Shown: positions 35,883 through 48,636 of the stretch, in pieces
Numbering within the stretch: the first letter of the stretch is position 1
How the letters are laid out: the number at the start of each line of letters is the position of its first letter
Origin: Fimicolochytrium jonesii
Taxonomy: Eukaryota
NCBI RefSeq assembly: GCF_025526975.1
Contig: NW_026515702.1
Coordinates: 248,001-312,000, forward strand
Direction of reading: 5' to 3'
Length of the DNA stretch: 64,000 nucleotides
Made by a program: the position numbers and the translations under genes
The notes under the pieces: model-generated
The model's input: the letters and a program-made list of their open reading frames with translations, nothing else
What the model was told of the DNA's origin: nothing
Database searches by the model: none

Positions 35883-37820
35883 ATGCTTTCCCAGCTTTCT
35901 TTCCTGGTGGGCTATTGGTGCTTGGGGCTCGTCTCGGTGGTTGTCCATGCAAGTCCGTTGGCTTCAGTCACCACGGCTTGGGGGACCCGTGCACTCTACG
36001 ATAAGGGCATAACCGACAGATTCGACGAGGGGTCGGACACCGTCTCGGTCCTGGTACAGATACGGGACGTGCTGAACCCTTCCGCGTTCGCAAAGTCCTC
36101 CGGGCAAGTCGTCGACAGTACTGCCTTTTACGAAGGACTCGGGCGACATTCAAAGGACTCTTCGCTTGGTGTTCAGGCCCTTCTTCGCGATCTCTCTGCA
36201 GAGTTCACTTACAGTCATCATTTCCGCTTGTCCAACACATACGTTATCGATGGTGAGTTGGGTGGATTTCCTTTTTTGAACGAGTGTCCAGCCGCAATTT
36301 CAGAGCTTTCTTCTCAAATCCGCGTCTCTCTTCGTCTCTCTCTCTCTGCAGCTTCCAGGCGTTTGGTCGAGGCCCTTGTGCAACTACCCGAGGTTTATTC
36401 TATCAGGCGCAACGCGGCATTTCGTGTCAATGACAAGGAGCGATCTACCGGCGCTGTTTCGAGTTTTTCGAACAAAGATGGTGGATCAGGCGTCTCTTGG
36501 AATGCCAACGCGATCGGAGCGGCCGAATCATGGGCGAAGGGTCTCAACGGAACGGGTCTCTTGTTCGCGTCTGCCGACAGCGGTGTCACTTGGGAGCATC
36601 CCGCCCTCAAGAGCAACTACCTCGGTAAGCAGATAAATGGCACCATCACACACGATTACGGTTCGTTCAGCGATCTTTCTTTTCAACGATCTTTTCGTCC
36701 ATCTCGGCCACAGACTTGCTCTAAACCTCGATTTGTTTTCTTCCAAAGCCTGGTTCGATGGAGTGCGACGGGCGCTTCCAGGTGTTAATTCGACTTGCGG
36801 CGTGCAATCTCTGCAACCTTGCGATGACGTCGGCCATGGCACACATACGACGTCTATAGCTGTAGGCAGCAACGGCATCGGGATCGCCCCAGGCGCATCC
36901 TGGATGGCCTGCCGCAACATGTACAACGGTGTCGGACGACCGGAATACTACTTGGCGTGTTTGGAGTTCTTCCTTGCTCCGACAGACGTAAACGGAAAGA
37001 ACCCCGATCCCGCACGTCGCCCGCATGTTATCAACAACTCTTACGGTTGTACGAGCGCCGAGTTCTGCGATCAGGTACAATGGCAACAACAAACTGTATC
37101 TCTGTCCTAAATTCTATAATTTGTGTTCGATTTTCTTTGACGCGTTTTCTCATTCTGCGCCAGTTCACGTTCAAGGCGGCGGTGGGCGCCCTCACAGCTG
37201 CAGGAGTCTTGATGGTCGCAAGCGCAGGCAACTCAGGTGGGAATAACATGACGACACACAAATCATTGCTGCAGAACCGAGGAAGGAAAAAGAGGCGCTT
37301 TACTGTGTCTTTCTAACATTTTTCCCGTTTCATCTCATCGTACTTTCCCACCTTTCCCCCATGAGCAGCATTGTCGTCTGCTGACACTTGCAAGTCGGTG
37401 GTCAACCCACCCGCGATTGACGCCCGCGTCATTTCCGTCGGATCGTTACGCCAGTCAGGCCTCATCTACGAAACCAGCTCTCGCGGCTCCGTGCCCGGCC
37501 GAGGCCCGACCCACCGAGGCGTAGACATCTCGGCGCCGGGGGTGATGATCCGAGGCGCGATCCCACCGGCGGCGTATGCGCAGCGCACCGGAACGAGCAT
37601 GGCGGCGTCGCACATCGCTGCTTCTGCGTTGATTGTCCTGCAGGCGTGTCCGCACCTCTTGCGTCGCACCGTCGATGTCGGAGCGACGCTGCAACAGACC
37701 GCTTTTCCGCTGACGACCACGGACGGATGCAACGGCGACAAAAATGATACCATTCCCAATAGCACCTACGGGTATGGGAAAGTGAACGTCACCGCGGCTG
37801 TTTTGCGTTGCCAAGACTGA
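35883..37820 (+). CDS. Secreted subtilisin-like serine peptidase (family S8, bacillopeptidase F-like), about 5 exons
   Basis: Signal peptide and prodomain; catalytic motifs ADSGV (Asp), HGTHTT (His) and GTSMAASH (Ser); also GIAPGASWMACRN, PHVINNSYGC, SAGNSG and C-terminal PNSTYGYGKVN. Confidence 0.92.
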
Positions 37821-38062
37821 CACCTTACACCCATCGTGAGTATCTCGGGTACCCTCCAAAGCATACTCATTGAATAGAAAGTAGATTACTCTGAGGTAGT
37901 ATTTCAGGCAGATATATGTGCGTATATAAACTATGTCTACGTGTGGACAGTATGCAATGTAAATGTATATGTGTACGCACGTACGCCGTAGAGAAGTGCA
38001 ATTTTTTTGCGTATGCTGAGGTACATAACGATGCTTTGCCCTATTACAGAGTGATGCCGCCA

Positions 38063-39738
38063 TCACCAGTGGCGGCATCCTCCAAAGAACTTGCGGCAAG
38101 CTTTGATGAAGGTTCCTTTGACGGTGATATGCTTCCACGACCCCAGAAACATGTGCTGGAGGCGTGCATCGGGATCGGTAGCGGGCTTGGATCCCATATA
38201 GTCGTATCCCTCATCTCGACCAGGACTATACATATACACGAACGTGCAAACAGTGAATACCCCGTTCCATAAAGACTGAAGGGGGAACAAACCCACCTGA
38301 AACCCGTAATGGGCAGCACAAGTACGTCTTCGATGACTTTACTTTTCCCGCCATCGAATCTCCCCGTCAACTTGAACCACAGGTGGTCAGGGCCGTAGCG
38401 GTCGTCCATCCATTCCTTGACGGTGACGGTCCACCTGCCGGGACCGGTGAATCCCACGGCGTCCTGTTCGATCTTCATCTCCTTGTCCGACATGCGAGAT
38501 GCCACTTTCAGGATGTTTCGGAGATGACGACTGAGCATGTGGTGTCCAGGCGCCGCGCCCAACGACCAGTACACGATCTGGATGGGATGCTGGAAGGCGA
38601 AGTAACGCCAATAGTCGTCTGAGGCGGGATCGGCATCGCATTCCAGCCCAATCAAAAGATGGATAGAGCGGCGGGACGATACGTCAGTGCTAGTGACTGA
38701 GGAGAACAGCGGCGGCTTTGATGACGTAGAAAGTGGGTCCGCGACCAACGTGAGGTCTTCCGCTGTGATCCACGTCGCTGGCGGCTTTCTAGGCTGCGTG
38801 TCCGCGTCGACGTACTGTAGGGTTGGGACGGATGTGAAAAGATGAACGGGTTTTTAAGTGCCCCTTCAACCCCAGTGAATCAGTGGAAGGGAGTTCTACC
38901 TTCCCTTTCCCACTCTTTCGCAGACCACAACGCCGCGAGAAAGCGAGAACGGATATGAAGAGAACTCACCACGCCACCAAATTCCCTGAGGACCACCGCG
39001 CGAAAGATATCGGAGCGCATGGTGTCCATGGGAACTCGCAGAAACTGGTCGTACCCTTCTGGCCACGCGGTCTGAACCAAAGATCGCATGCTTTCCTTAT
39101 CCCACACGACGAGTGCGTGCCCGGAGTCGACGGCGGAGCGGGTCCATGCCGCGATGCAGTCGAATACTTTCGGGGTCCAGCTTTCTGGATCCGGCTGCGT
39201 CCAGAGCAAGTGCACGATCAGAGGGATGGAGCTGTGCGGAATCGTGTGGTTCCCATCAGCGGCAAGCGTCGATGCCCTTTTAGCTATCAAATATATAGGC
39301 CACGGACTCGATGATGGCGGCGGTAGCGCGCTGCTGTCGGCGGAGTTGAACCACGCCTCGGGAATATACCAGCCTGAAAAGTTTCGACGGCATAAGGACA
39401 CTGCGCATGCGGGGCTTCTCCGAAACGGGAGCGGAGCAGAAACAAGAAAGGTGCGTCTGACTCTATGGCTTACCTCCGGCCTGTGACGGAGCATACCGCA
39501 ATGTTTCTCGAACGAAGGCGGCAGTGTTCGCCCGCGAGTGGACGATAGGTGACTGGGACCTTTCCGCTCGTCGCAAGTCGACGTTGCTGCACTTGCCGTT
39601 ACGGCAGAGACCAAGTGAGAGTAGCGATATGGACAGGGCGACCGTGACGACTAAAAAGAACACCGTTCGCCGTGTCAAAGCCGAAAATCGCACGCGTCGT
39701 GACCTGCCGCCGCCGCAGGAGGAACCCCGGACGGACAT
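38063..39738 (-). CDS. Glycosyltransferase family 32 (Och1-like alpha-1,6-mannosyltransferase), multi-exon
   Basis: N-terminal type II TM anchor; IPLIVHLLW, RSDIFRAVVLREFGGV|YVDADT (DXD), LLIGLE, APGHHML, FTGPGRWT, DVLVLPITGF, LQHMFLGSWK. Confidence 0.88.
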
Positions 39739-40901
39739 GGGTGTCAAGTACCTCTGCCAAGGCGGAATGGCCCCAGTAAATATACTTATTCACCCCTTTC
39801 GAGAGCTATATATATCGGGCCCCAGGTTGTGTACAGGACATGCAAGACAGTTTGGGCCCTGCAAAACCCCATAGCTGTATATAGTCGGTTTATACCGGTA
39901 TGGGGGAGTGGAGGTGTGGAGAGCCTTGACGACTAGATGTAGAGCTACACCCTCTGATGTGGTGGGGCTTGGCCCAAAAGAACGACTTCAGACAACAGCC
40001 AAGAAAACGACCGGTTTTTCTCATGCGGTTTGCGGTTGTCGCCGTATACTCACGCCCGCGGTATCTGGCTACAGACATCAAGCGTGGCGTTTGCGTGGTC
40101 GTTGTTCCGATAACTTGTTCGATTAGGCTTTCTAGGTTTATGTGGCCCTTAGGGTAACCCACCTCTGGGACAGTGGGGCCTGCAGTATCCGCCAAGAAAT
40201 CAACTGTCATGCGCTGGTGGTCGGCGTCGCGGTTGTCACACTAATAAAGGCAGAATAAAGGCTTTCTACAGTAAAATTGCAATACATACAGTACTACCTG
40301 GATCCCACACCGCGTACCGAGGTGTGCAAATAATGTGGGCAATACTGGAGGTCAATACAGTAACAGATGTACTGTATGGATGCCAGATGGATCTGCTCTT
40401 CGCCGGCTACTTCCACTGTATTTAACGACTCCTCCCTCGCACCCACCCTGTGCGCCGTTGCACTCTCAAGAGACTCAACAGAACCAATTCGCTGTTCTGT
40501 CATCATGTTTTCGGTAGAGTATATGCTCGTTTTCTTGACCTATACGGCTCGGACGCGGACCAAAAACCCCTTTTAACGCCAAGTATCGTATCCAGGCTCA
40601 GGACATCCTTGCGCTCATCGGACTTTATTCAGTGGTAAGTTGGAGTTGGTCGTGAACGGAAGCGCTAGCCACACTGGATATCCACATGCCATCCAAACCC
40701 ATATCGCCGGTGGGCTTGCTGGTACTACAAGCCTTGTGGTCGGGAAGAGGTCCAAGGAGAGCTCGGGTCCTTACAAGCGTCTCAAGGGCACTCTTGATGT
40801 TCGGACGAAGCGATTCAAATAAATTCATTCCTGTTTTCCTTTCATATAGGCCACAAACTTCGAGTCGGTCACGCAACCGTATACCAAGTAAGGACGGGAC
40901 A

Positions 40902-41556
40902 ATGGTTGCAAACCTGCTTGTGGCTCTGCTTGGACAGCGACGTACGCGGATGTCTCAGCAATCTACTGACACGGCTTGATTTGCATCGAGAACAGCCTTC
41001 TCTGGGCAGCCTACCTTGGAATCGAGTTCACCTCGGCAATCACACTCTTCATCGTTTACCGGAAGATTGCTCTTAAGAATGGTTTGTTCCGACTGACGAA
41101 GTTTGCGGGCACACTCGTCATTTATTGCTTTATGGTTGACACTGATTCCACCACATTAAAGATCAAGCACCTGTGATGCTGAATGAGGGCGATACCACTT
41201 CGCAGCCAAAGTAAGTCTTTAGTGCTTTCTGATCCGAAGTGCATTCTCGATCCGAATACCACTCTGGTAGAGAGGTCATCCCGCTGACATTTTGCTGTTT
41301 CCCGGATTGGATTCTCTTTCACAGTGATGGAATCATAGTTCGTACAACCGACTACGACTCGAAGAACATCATGCAGCATCTCCGTTCTCTAGTCATTCGC
41401 GCGGCAACATTTGGCTTTTTCTACCTGAAGTTTGGGCATCTCAGCGTGCTGCTTTTGCAAGCCATCCTCGGCTTAAAAACCATCTACCACTCGCAGGTTG
41501 TTCAGGTCCACCTGTTGGGCAAACAGTCGGTCGGGAACCTAGCTAGACCTTGGTGA
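40902..41556 (+). pseudogene. Pho88/SND3-like gene, apparently frameshifted
   Basis: MVANLLVALL..., IVYRKIALKN..DSTTLKI, TDYDSKNIMQHLRSL...LLLQAILGLKTIYHSQVVQVHLLGKQSVGNLARPW match the Pho88 pattern (DYD...LLIQS...VKIHLFGKPA.GDLKRPF). A 1-nt frameshift near 41165 is needed to keep the frame open. Confidence 0.6.
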
Positions 41557-41748
41557 GCCGCTTTGCCTTTGGCAATCCGTGCCTACCGGAAAGGACCAAA
41601 GCCATGCAAAACGGAAGGAAAGCCGACCATCCTCCAGACTCTTCTTGGGCGTATCTTAGGTTCAAAGTTGTTTAGGAACTTTACTGATGTACTGTACTGT
41701 ACTGTATGACACGGCGTACGCATGTACCTACAGTACTATGTATCATTA

Positions 41749-41841
41749 CAAGTTGCCATCATCGGCGACGCCTCAGGCAGAGGTACAATGATGTGGATGG
41801 CAGATAACCACCACGGAAAATGGGATGGGGTGAAATCTAGA
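41749..41841 (-). ncRNA. Candidate omegaRNA scaffold of Fanzor family B
   Basis: Lies immediately after the stop codon. Stem tgccatc/gatggca (41754-41760 with 41796-41802) encloses cctc/gagg. Ends CTTG|TAA like family A. Single copy, so the boundary is inferred. Confidence 0.45.
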
Positions 41842-43761
41842 CTACCGGTTACGGGAGAATGCGTCTGGTCTGCGGCCATTGCCAAACACCACCGAGCGCA
41901 CAATCGAGAGGAAATTCTTGGTGCTTAGGACGTCCCGATTGTGCACTTTCATCCGTAGTGGTTGTCTCCCAGGAATCTCAAATGGCGTCCAGTCTTGGTT
42001 GATACATTCGGGGTTGGGGCAACCCACCAATCCATGGACGAATTCCATTCTTCCCTGTCTAGCTTGCCATGGCCGAGATGACAGCCGGCGTCGGACGTTT
42101 TTCTTCACACGGCCGTGGCAGTCGGGGCACACGGACGACGTTCGATACTCATCTAGCAAGTAGCATGGAATGCTGTTTCTTGCAAAGAGTGTGCGGAATC
42201 TGATTTCCATGATGAGTTGGCATATTGTAATACATATTACCAGTGATAGTCACCCACCCTTTGGTCTTTGATGACTCCTGAAAGCGCATGGTCTTTCCAG
42301 CGTCGCTCCAATCACCCAAGATGACCGCAAAATGCTTTCCATACAGGCGTCGCATGTTCTGATGAGCTTGCTCTCAGACTTTTCCCGCAGTGAGAACGCC
42401 TTGAATCTGCGAGCTACGCGAATCTCATCCTAGTAAAACTCGTCCAGGGCGAGATCTGGGATATGTATGTCAGCCCATGTATTACCAAAGTTGAAAATCA
42501 AAGTCGAAATAGAACATCATACCCGCATGTTCGTAATCCACGATGAACGCTGAGAACGCTTCGATGTTCATGCTCTTGTGTGACGGAATATGTGATTCCA
42601 TCTCAGCGATGCCGGCATTGATCTTTCGCTCTGTCATGTCTCTTCGAAAGTACCGAGACCTTGTCTCGACGGCCCGTTGATTGGATGTGTATCTGATATG
42701 GGGTGGTGCATTGTGAGGACGCTGCAACGGAATGTCGAACAAAGGGGATGGTGGGGATGGTGACGGGGGGGGATGGTGGGGACGGGGACGGGGACAGGGT
42801 TGGGGAGGGCGTTGATGGGGATAGCGGGGATGGCGCGGATGGCAGAGGTACTGCAGATCGAATTCAGTCGCCGTCGCCATGCATTGCTCCGCATTCTGAT
42901 CTCATTGAACGTTCCGCCAACTTCCGCGATCGCTTGAGTCCAGCTTGGAGTAGGAGCCGGGCTCGCGATTCGCTCTTCACGACTACGACGGCAAAGCAAC
43001 AACACATCCAATGCCGGTCGACCTCCGCAAGCGGCGGTCGTGCTCAGCACCGGAAGCGTTGACATCAGCGATGGCGGAAGTTGATAGCATAAAGTTGATG
43101 GCGTAACCAATAGCGGCAACAGCGGGGACAGCGGGGACAGCGGGGACAGCGGGGACAGCGGGGACAGCGGGGACAGCGGGGACAGCGGGGACAGCGGGGA
43201 CAGCGGGGAGGGACAGTGGGGACAGCAGGGCAGTGGTAATCAACTGAAACGTACCTAAATGGCCGCTCCTTCTTGATGTCTCGACAGAACAAGAGGTCAC
43301 GCTTGCCCGGATCAATGCTGACGATGTTTGGAGCCTCCCGTAGTTCGGCGATGTGGTGCTCAAGATACAGCTGCTTGACTTCTTCCCGCATTTGGGCCTT
43401 GCTGCGCTTCCAGGCCCAATGCCCATACTTGAACCCTGGCTTCTTGAAGTGGATGGTAGCGGAATACCCGTTTGTGCTGATTGGTCCATCAAATTTAAGA
43501 CCAAGCTTCTTTCGATGCTGAAGACTTTGTCCTGCAGTCCGTCATTCAGCGAGGTGATTGAAATAGGTGCAAAAGGATACAGACTTAACTTACATTCACA
43601 TTGAGAAACTGCCCCCACAGCTCCCGCTTGCGTTCATCGGTGAATTTCCCCATGCGACGTTGGCTCAAACCCAGGAAATGAATGGCTAGGATCAGCGTGT
43701 TGATCCGAACAGATGACTGGATTTGAGATTTGTGCAGCGGGATAGCAGAAAACAGCCGCAG
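41842..43761 (-). pseudogene. Fanzor1 family B nuclease gene (C-terminal ~60%) with four spliceosomal introns; 5'-truncated and disrupted
   Basis: LRLFSAIPL...VRINTLIL...LWGQFLNVN|DKVF..KFDGPISTNGYS...IVSIDPGKRDLLFC (RuvC-I)...FR|YTSNQRAVETR...|...VILGDWS...KTKG|FRTLF...LLDEYRTSSVCPDC (RuvC-II + Zn)...VHGLVGC.NPEC...HNRDVLSTKNF (RuvC-III)...RPDAFSR*. Introns at 43532-43593, 42693-43254, 42456-42522 and 42200-42257; TAG at 42430-42432; two frameshifts. Confidence 0.9.
43119..43209. repeat. (ACAGCGGGG)n 9-bp minisatellite, about 10 copies, in Fanzor B intron 2
   Basis: Direct reading of the sequence. Confidence 0.95.
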
Positions 43762-43800
43762 GGTTATTTATTCACTCGAGGAGAAAAATAGAGAAGCTTA

Positions 43801-44929
43801 CTAAGCAACCTCCTCCTCGTCCATACACTCTAGAGGACTACGTTCCTCGTCCAGAGCAGAATGGACTCCGTTCGGAGGTTGCTTATTTGTCGATAAAGCC
43901 GTATTTGCCGCCATATCGCGTAGGAATTCGTCGTAGGTGCGCTCATTATCGGAGGAGGACGCCTCGGCGTAAATATCGTCGATGCCGATGGTGTAATGCG
44001 TTTGGAAAACCCTGGAATTGGGTACCCAACGCCCCTTCTTGATCGTTTCCTCGCTGAGTCCACTGCGAGTTTGCGCGGTCGTGACGGCGTGGGTGATGGA
44101 TTTCGGGGTAAATTCGTCGTCGATGCCGGCGGCTCTGAGGACGGCGTTGACGAGGTGGCTGATGCTTCCGGCTGCCATTGGCGAGTTGTGCTGTCGGTTG
44201 ATGAAAACCTCCTGGATGCCATCGCGGCGAGTACCCTGGATGGCGATGAGGGCGTCGTAGAGCTCAGCTACGTCGAGATTTGGCGTGTGTTTGATGCGGG
44301 GGTCGTTGATAACGCGGTAGTTGCCCTGTTCGAATAGTGTTGTCGTGTGCGTGATTTGGGCGCCATTCCTTGGGTCGGCAGGAGCGCAATTTGAGGGAAT
44401 GTTCCGTGACGGTGGTGCGCGCATGGATGAGGGTCGCAAGGTGATTGGGGCGACACTTCATGGTGAGCATAATGACGACGGCGAGTTGCGAAGAAAGCCA
44501 TTCGAGCGTGGCTAGTCGTGGTCGGCGGGCGATGTGTCTCCATAGCGTTGCTGGATCCCAAATGGTTTTGTACGCCTTTTCCGTGGGCTTGATCGAGCGT
44601 GCAAGGCCTTTGAAGAATCGTTGTATATCGGGCGCGGTGCTAATGAGCGCGTCGTCGCCGGTAATGTGTTGCAGTGTATTCGCGATCGCCGTGCGGTAAC
44701 CTTGCAGTGTTCGGATGGCGAGCCGCTTCTCGGAATGAACGTCGGTGATGAAGTTTAGAACCATTGAATGGCCGGCGCGAACGGGATCAATGTCCCGTTG
44801 TGGGCACCAGCGTACGTAGGTCCGCCAGACCGAGTTGTGATTGACGTTGTTTGAGAGAGACCGGAGGGTGATGTTGATAGCCGCCTGCGATAGGCCTCGT
44901 TGTGCGCTGTAATACCGGATAACCGCCAT
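43801..44929 (-). pseudogene. Tyrosine recombinase (YR) of the DIRS-like element, frameshifted near 44340
   Basis: SAM-like N-terminus (VWRTYVRWC...DP...VLNF...TLQGYRTAI), FFKG...P...WDP, catalytic R (MKCR), GRW...FQTHY (catalytic Tyr). The reading frame extends upstream over the RNase H ORF, as in DIRS elements. Confidence 0.85.
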
Positions 44930-45909
44930 GCGATTGTGAGGGTCCACGGTGGTTCGCGAAGGGGGAGGCCGCTCTGAGCTTGAAACACTTTCGGCTTGGA
45001 CGGAATGGGGATCAGGTCGGCAATCGAGAGTCGCAAGAGGAGCGGGAATGCTGCGTGCAACGGCCAGAACGGTGTTATCAGGGTCAGGTCGTGGAATTCC
45101 TCGTCGATGATCTTGCGCGTGATGCCCGATATCAGCAGCCATGGGGGGTTGGCATAGCATACGTGATGAGACCAGGATATCTACAAAGCATCGACGGCGA
45201 ATGCTTGGGGATCCCCCGAGTCCAGCGTGCAGTAGTGTGGAATGCGGGGATTGCGGTTTGTGCCCGTCGCAAACAGCTCCATTGTGTGATTCACCTTCCA
45301 CCGGCCCTGAATCTGCCGGAGAATGCGCGGGTTGAGCTGGTAGTCGTTTCGATCGTTCTGCTGGCGGGAGTCCAGGTCCGCTATCACGTTCTCCTTCCCG
45401 GCAATGTGGAGGGCCTGCCATGTCTTGTTCTGATGCCGGTAGCGTAGGAGAAGGTGCTCGATCACCTGCGAGAGGTGATCTGCGCGTCCGCCACCTTTGT
45501 TGAAGTAGAACATTGTCGGCGTGTTGTCGGTCATGTGGATGACGTGCGCGTTGGAGAAGCCGAATCCATGACGCTTGCAGAGGAGGTCGACGGTGCGGAC
45601 TTGAGCTATGGCCTCGAGAACGTTGTTGGAGACGAGACGGTCGAGCTTCTGACGCCGAATTGCCTGTTGAAGAACGGCGAATGGGAACTCGGGGAAGTAC
45701 CGTTGAACCAGCTCCGGCGTCCACCGTTCCTGGACGCGAATCAGCTGGCCCGTCTGGGGATGTTGACAATTCCCGCCCCACCCGTGGTTGGGGGATGCGT
45801 CGGCGAATATGCGGTAGTCTGCGTCCTTGGTGAGTAGACTCTTCCCGTTCCATGCGGTGAGGTTGTTTGCAAATTTGCGAAGGAGGGTGCGGGTCGGTGT
45901 CGGAATCAC
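44755..45909 (-). pseudogene. DIRS-type RNase H plus DNA N6-adenine methyltransferase-like domain
   Basis: IFADAS..GWGG, NNVLEAIA, TDNT....YFNKGGG, HIAGKENVIADLDSR (RNase H); then ELFAT..N, DAL*ISW...YANPPW, LITPFWP, AWRLSG (DIRS MT domain). In-frame TAG at 45181-45183. Confidence 0.85.
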
Positions 45910-48636
45910 GCAGAATGCGCGGTGTGGTGGTGGCCGGCAGAAGCGAGGGTCTGTCGAATACAGGTTTACGGTTGGGTGTCCGGAAAAATAAGCTGCCGGT
46001 CTCTCAATAGCACAAGAAGAGATCTCAAGCGAGAGCGTCGTCTTGCCACCTTAATATCCAGGTGCTTTGAAAGGAGTCCTTCTTGTAATACGGGGGTCGG
46101 GTCTTACGGGTACGGGTACGAGATACGAAATCGGGAATATCTGCGTGGTTGACTACAAAACAAAACAACGGGGTTATCCAACCTCACCCTCAGCTCTTCT
46201 TACAAGATTCCTGAGCTATCAAGTCCTCGGCGACGTCAGCAAAGTAAAAGTCGCGACACTCGGGGTCATCTTGTCTAAGCTCTCTGGGTCTATGACCGCG
46301 CCTTGAAAGTCTATCAGAAACGGGAAGAAGTCGTCGGGAGTAGAGAAGTAGAAAGCTCTGTTGTTGATCGGGATCTGTGTTCTGCGTGCACGGATCTGGG
46401 TTTTGCGTATCGTACAAAGGTCTGGGGAAAACAGACGGGTTTTTATATGGATTTTTCTAGGCTACGAGATTTTGTCGAAGTCCAAACTCTCTACTAGTCG
46501 TCTCTAGAGGATTTAGCTACGTCGGGGTCTTTTTCTCTTTTCCTGCGGCGGTCTACGTAGTTTTTCCTTTTTCCATTCGCAATTTTGGCGCTGATACAGC
46601 CTTATCGCTTTCTTTTCTCGGGGTTTTCTGCAACTTTCGGCGTGAGTTTCTTTTGTCCACTCCTACGAACGCGGGGAAATCTACTACATCTCCGTCCGCT
46701 CCGCTTACTCGGCGCGGCGAGCGCGTCGAGCGCGTTAAAGTCGGTACGCAAGTCGTCCGCGACAGTGCCGTACATACGGCATCAAACTGCGGGCCCAAGA
46801 AGTAACACGTTTTGTCTCGTCGGTGATGACAGAGGAGTTCCACGTTTTGTCTCGACGGTGATGACGCCAAAGCGTCCCGAACCTGCGATGCAGGATTCCG
46901 GCTCAGGACATGGCACTCATTTTCTCTTCAGATAGATATGACGCAAATCGCAAAGGCGGCGCCGAACCCCAACCATGCACTTTGAACCCATCCGATGTCC
47001 GCGGCCCCGCAGTCAGTTGGATATCATTGAAGAGCAGCGGGTGCACGGTGATCTGCTAGTGTACAGTACTGCTTTGGATCCTCGGGCCCGCGCTCAAGGG
47101 AGCGATCGTTTTAGGCTGTGAAAACAATCATCTTCGGCAAATGTTCATCTTCCAATGGTTTGCACGGTAGCAACACGGGCATGACACACCCACAGGAACC
47201 GCGCATCTGAAGATAAGCTTTCGCGAACTTTTCGAAGTGTTCTCTGGACTATTATTCATGCAACACCTTGCCGGACTAGCACGTGCATGGCGACTCGGCG
47301 GAGACCAGACTGGTGGATCATTCACTCATTTAACATCATGACCCCTGAATCCACGCAGAGATATGAATCCTGTCTTCCGACAGTTGGAATTGCGAAGCTT
47401 TGCTTTATCATTGATCAAGTTTGGACACTAGTATGTATGATGATTCTAGCGTGTCGCAGTACGTAACACCGGCGTCGGAGTCTCCGGGCATATTGTACGG
47501 TTTTGCAGGGGTAGCGCAGTCAGTGCACCAGCGCGTGTTGGATGGACACGGACTTGCTCGCAGGGACGATTTGCTGATACCAGGGTTCCTGACTGCGCGT
47601 GTTAAACCCTCGCAACTTCAAGTTCGCAACTCATCAGTGACCCGTAACTTTACGTGTCAGAACTGCGCTACGTTGATGATTAGCGAAAGTGGATCTGCTA
47701 TAACGTCATTCGGGGGTGCACCTAGCTCTATGGTACTCGAGAAAAATTATTCTTAGACCTCCCGGCGAGTAATTAGAGAGACACCATAAGGTATGTACGA
47801 GTGACGATAAATATGGACGGTGCTGTGAAGGAGTCTTTGCTCAAGAAACTCACGGGTAGTAGGTGCACAGAAACGGGGCTTTGGAAAATGTTGGAACGAG
47901 AGTGGACCGGTTTATTTATGACGACTATGATATTTTGGTCAACAGTGGATTCCGAGTATGGCTGTGATCGGTGATCACCCCTGGAAGCAGATCTGCATGT
48001 CGTTTTCCCGGGAAAGACATTCCAAGATTCAATGAACTCCGACCAACTTTGACACGGAAACTGATGTCTTCACGCACGAGGGAATTTCACAACCGGCCGA
48101 CGTTGAACTTTAAGGGCAATTACAGAATCCGAACCATGCAATTGTGATTGTAAACACGTGGAGAGACGGAGACGGATAGAGGAGCGCACCCCGTCCCCCA
48201 GGGCCGCAGATGTGTCTACCGCATATCCTTCCGTGTTACGGCGGGATGTGCTGTTCCCGCCCAAACTGTGTTCATCGATGTCTTCTATGGTATACTTCTG
48301 GATGCGTTCTCGGTGATTTCGAGTAAATGTGGAAAGATCTATCTCAATTTGGAACGTGAAATCCCGAAATGTAAATGCGATGCAGAATGCGGAGGTATAA
48401 ATATCACCCTGGAGATAGACAACCGGCGTGGAGAAAAAGTAAGGACTGGCTTCCCTGGTGCCTCGGATCGCTGACCTTGGGACAAAGTCGTGAAAACTGA
48501 ATTCGAGCGACGGCCATATCGATATTCGGGAAATTCTGAACTTCTCCGCTTGGTCCCTTCTGTCGGCGGCGTCACCTTCACATCAAGCGACCTTGATATT
48601 GCAAGTTGTCTCAAGGTATCGGACTTTCCTGTGACC

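Larger units (their letters stand above)
43762..46940 (-). mobile_element. DIRS-like tyrosine-recombinase retrotransposon, internally deleted (RT and gag not seen)
   Basis: Overlapping ORFs encode RNase H + methyltransferase-like domain and YR. An upstream non-coding region has TATAAAA (~46441-46447). Boundaries are approximate. Confidence 0.8.

Noticed and set aside
43762..43801. Spliced YR-Fanzor fusion protein
   Set aside because: The only candidate intron is ~27 nt with a poor acceptor and leads into a stop; the Fanzor N-terminus is missing.
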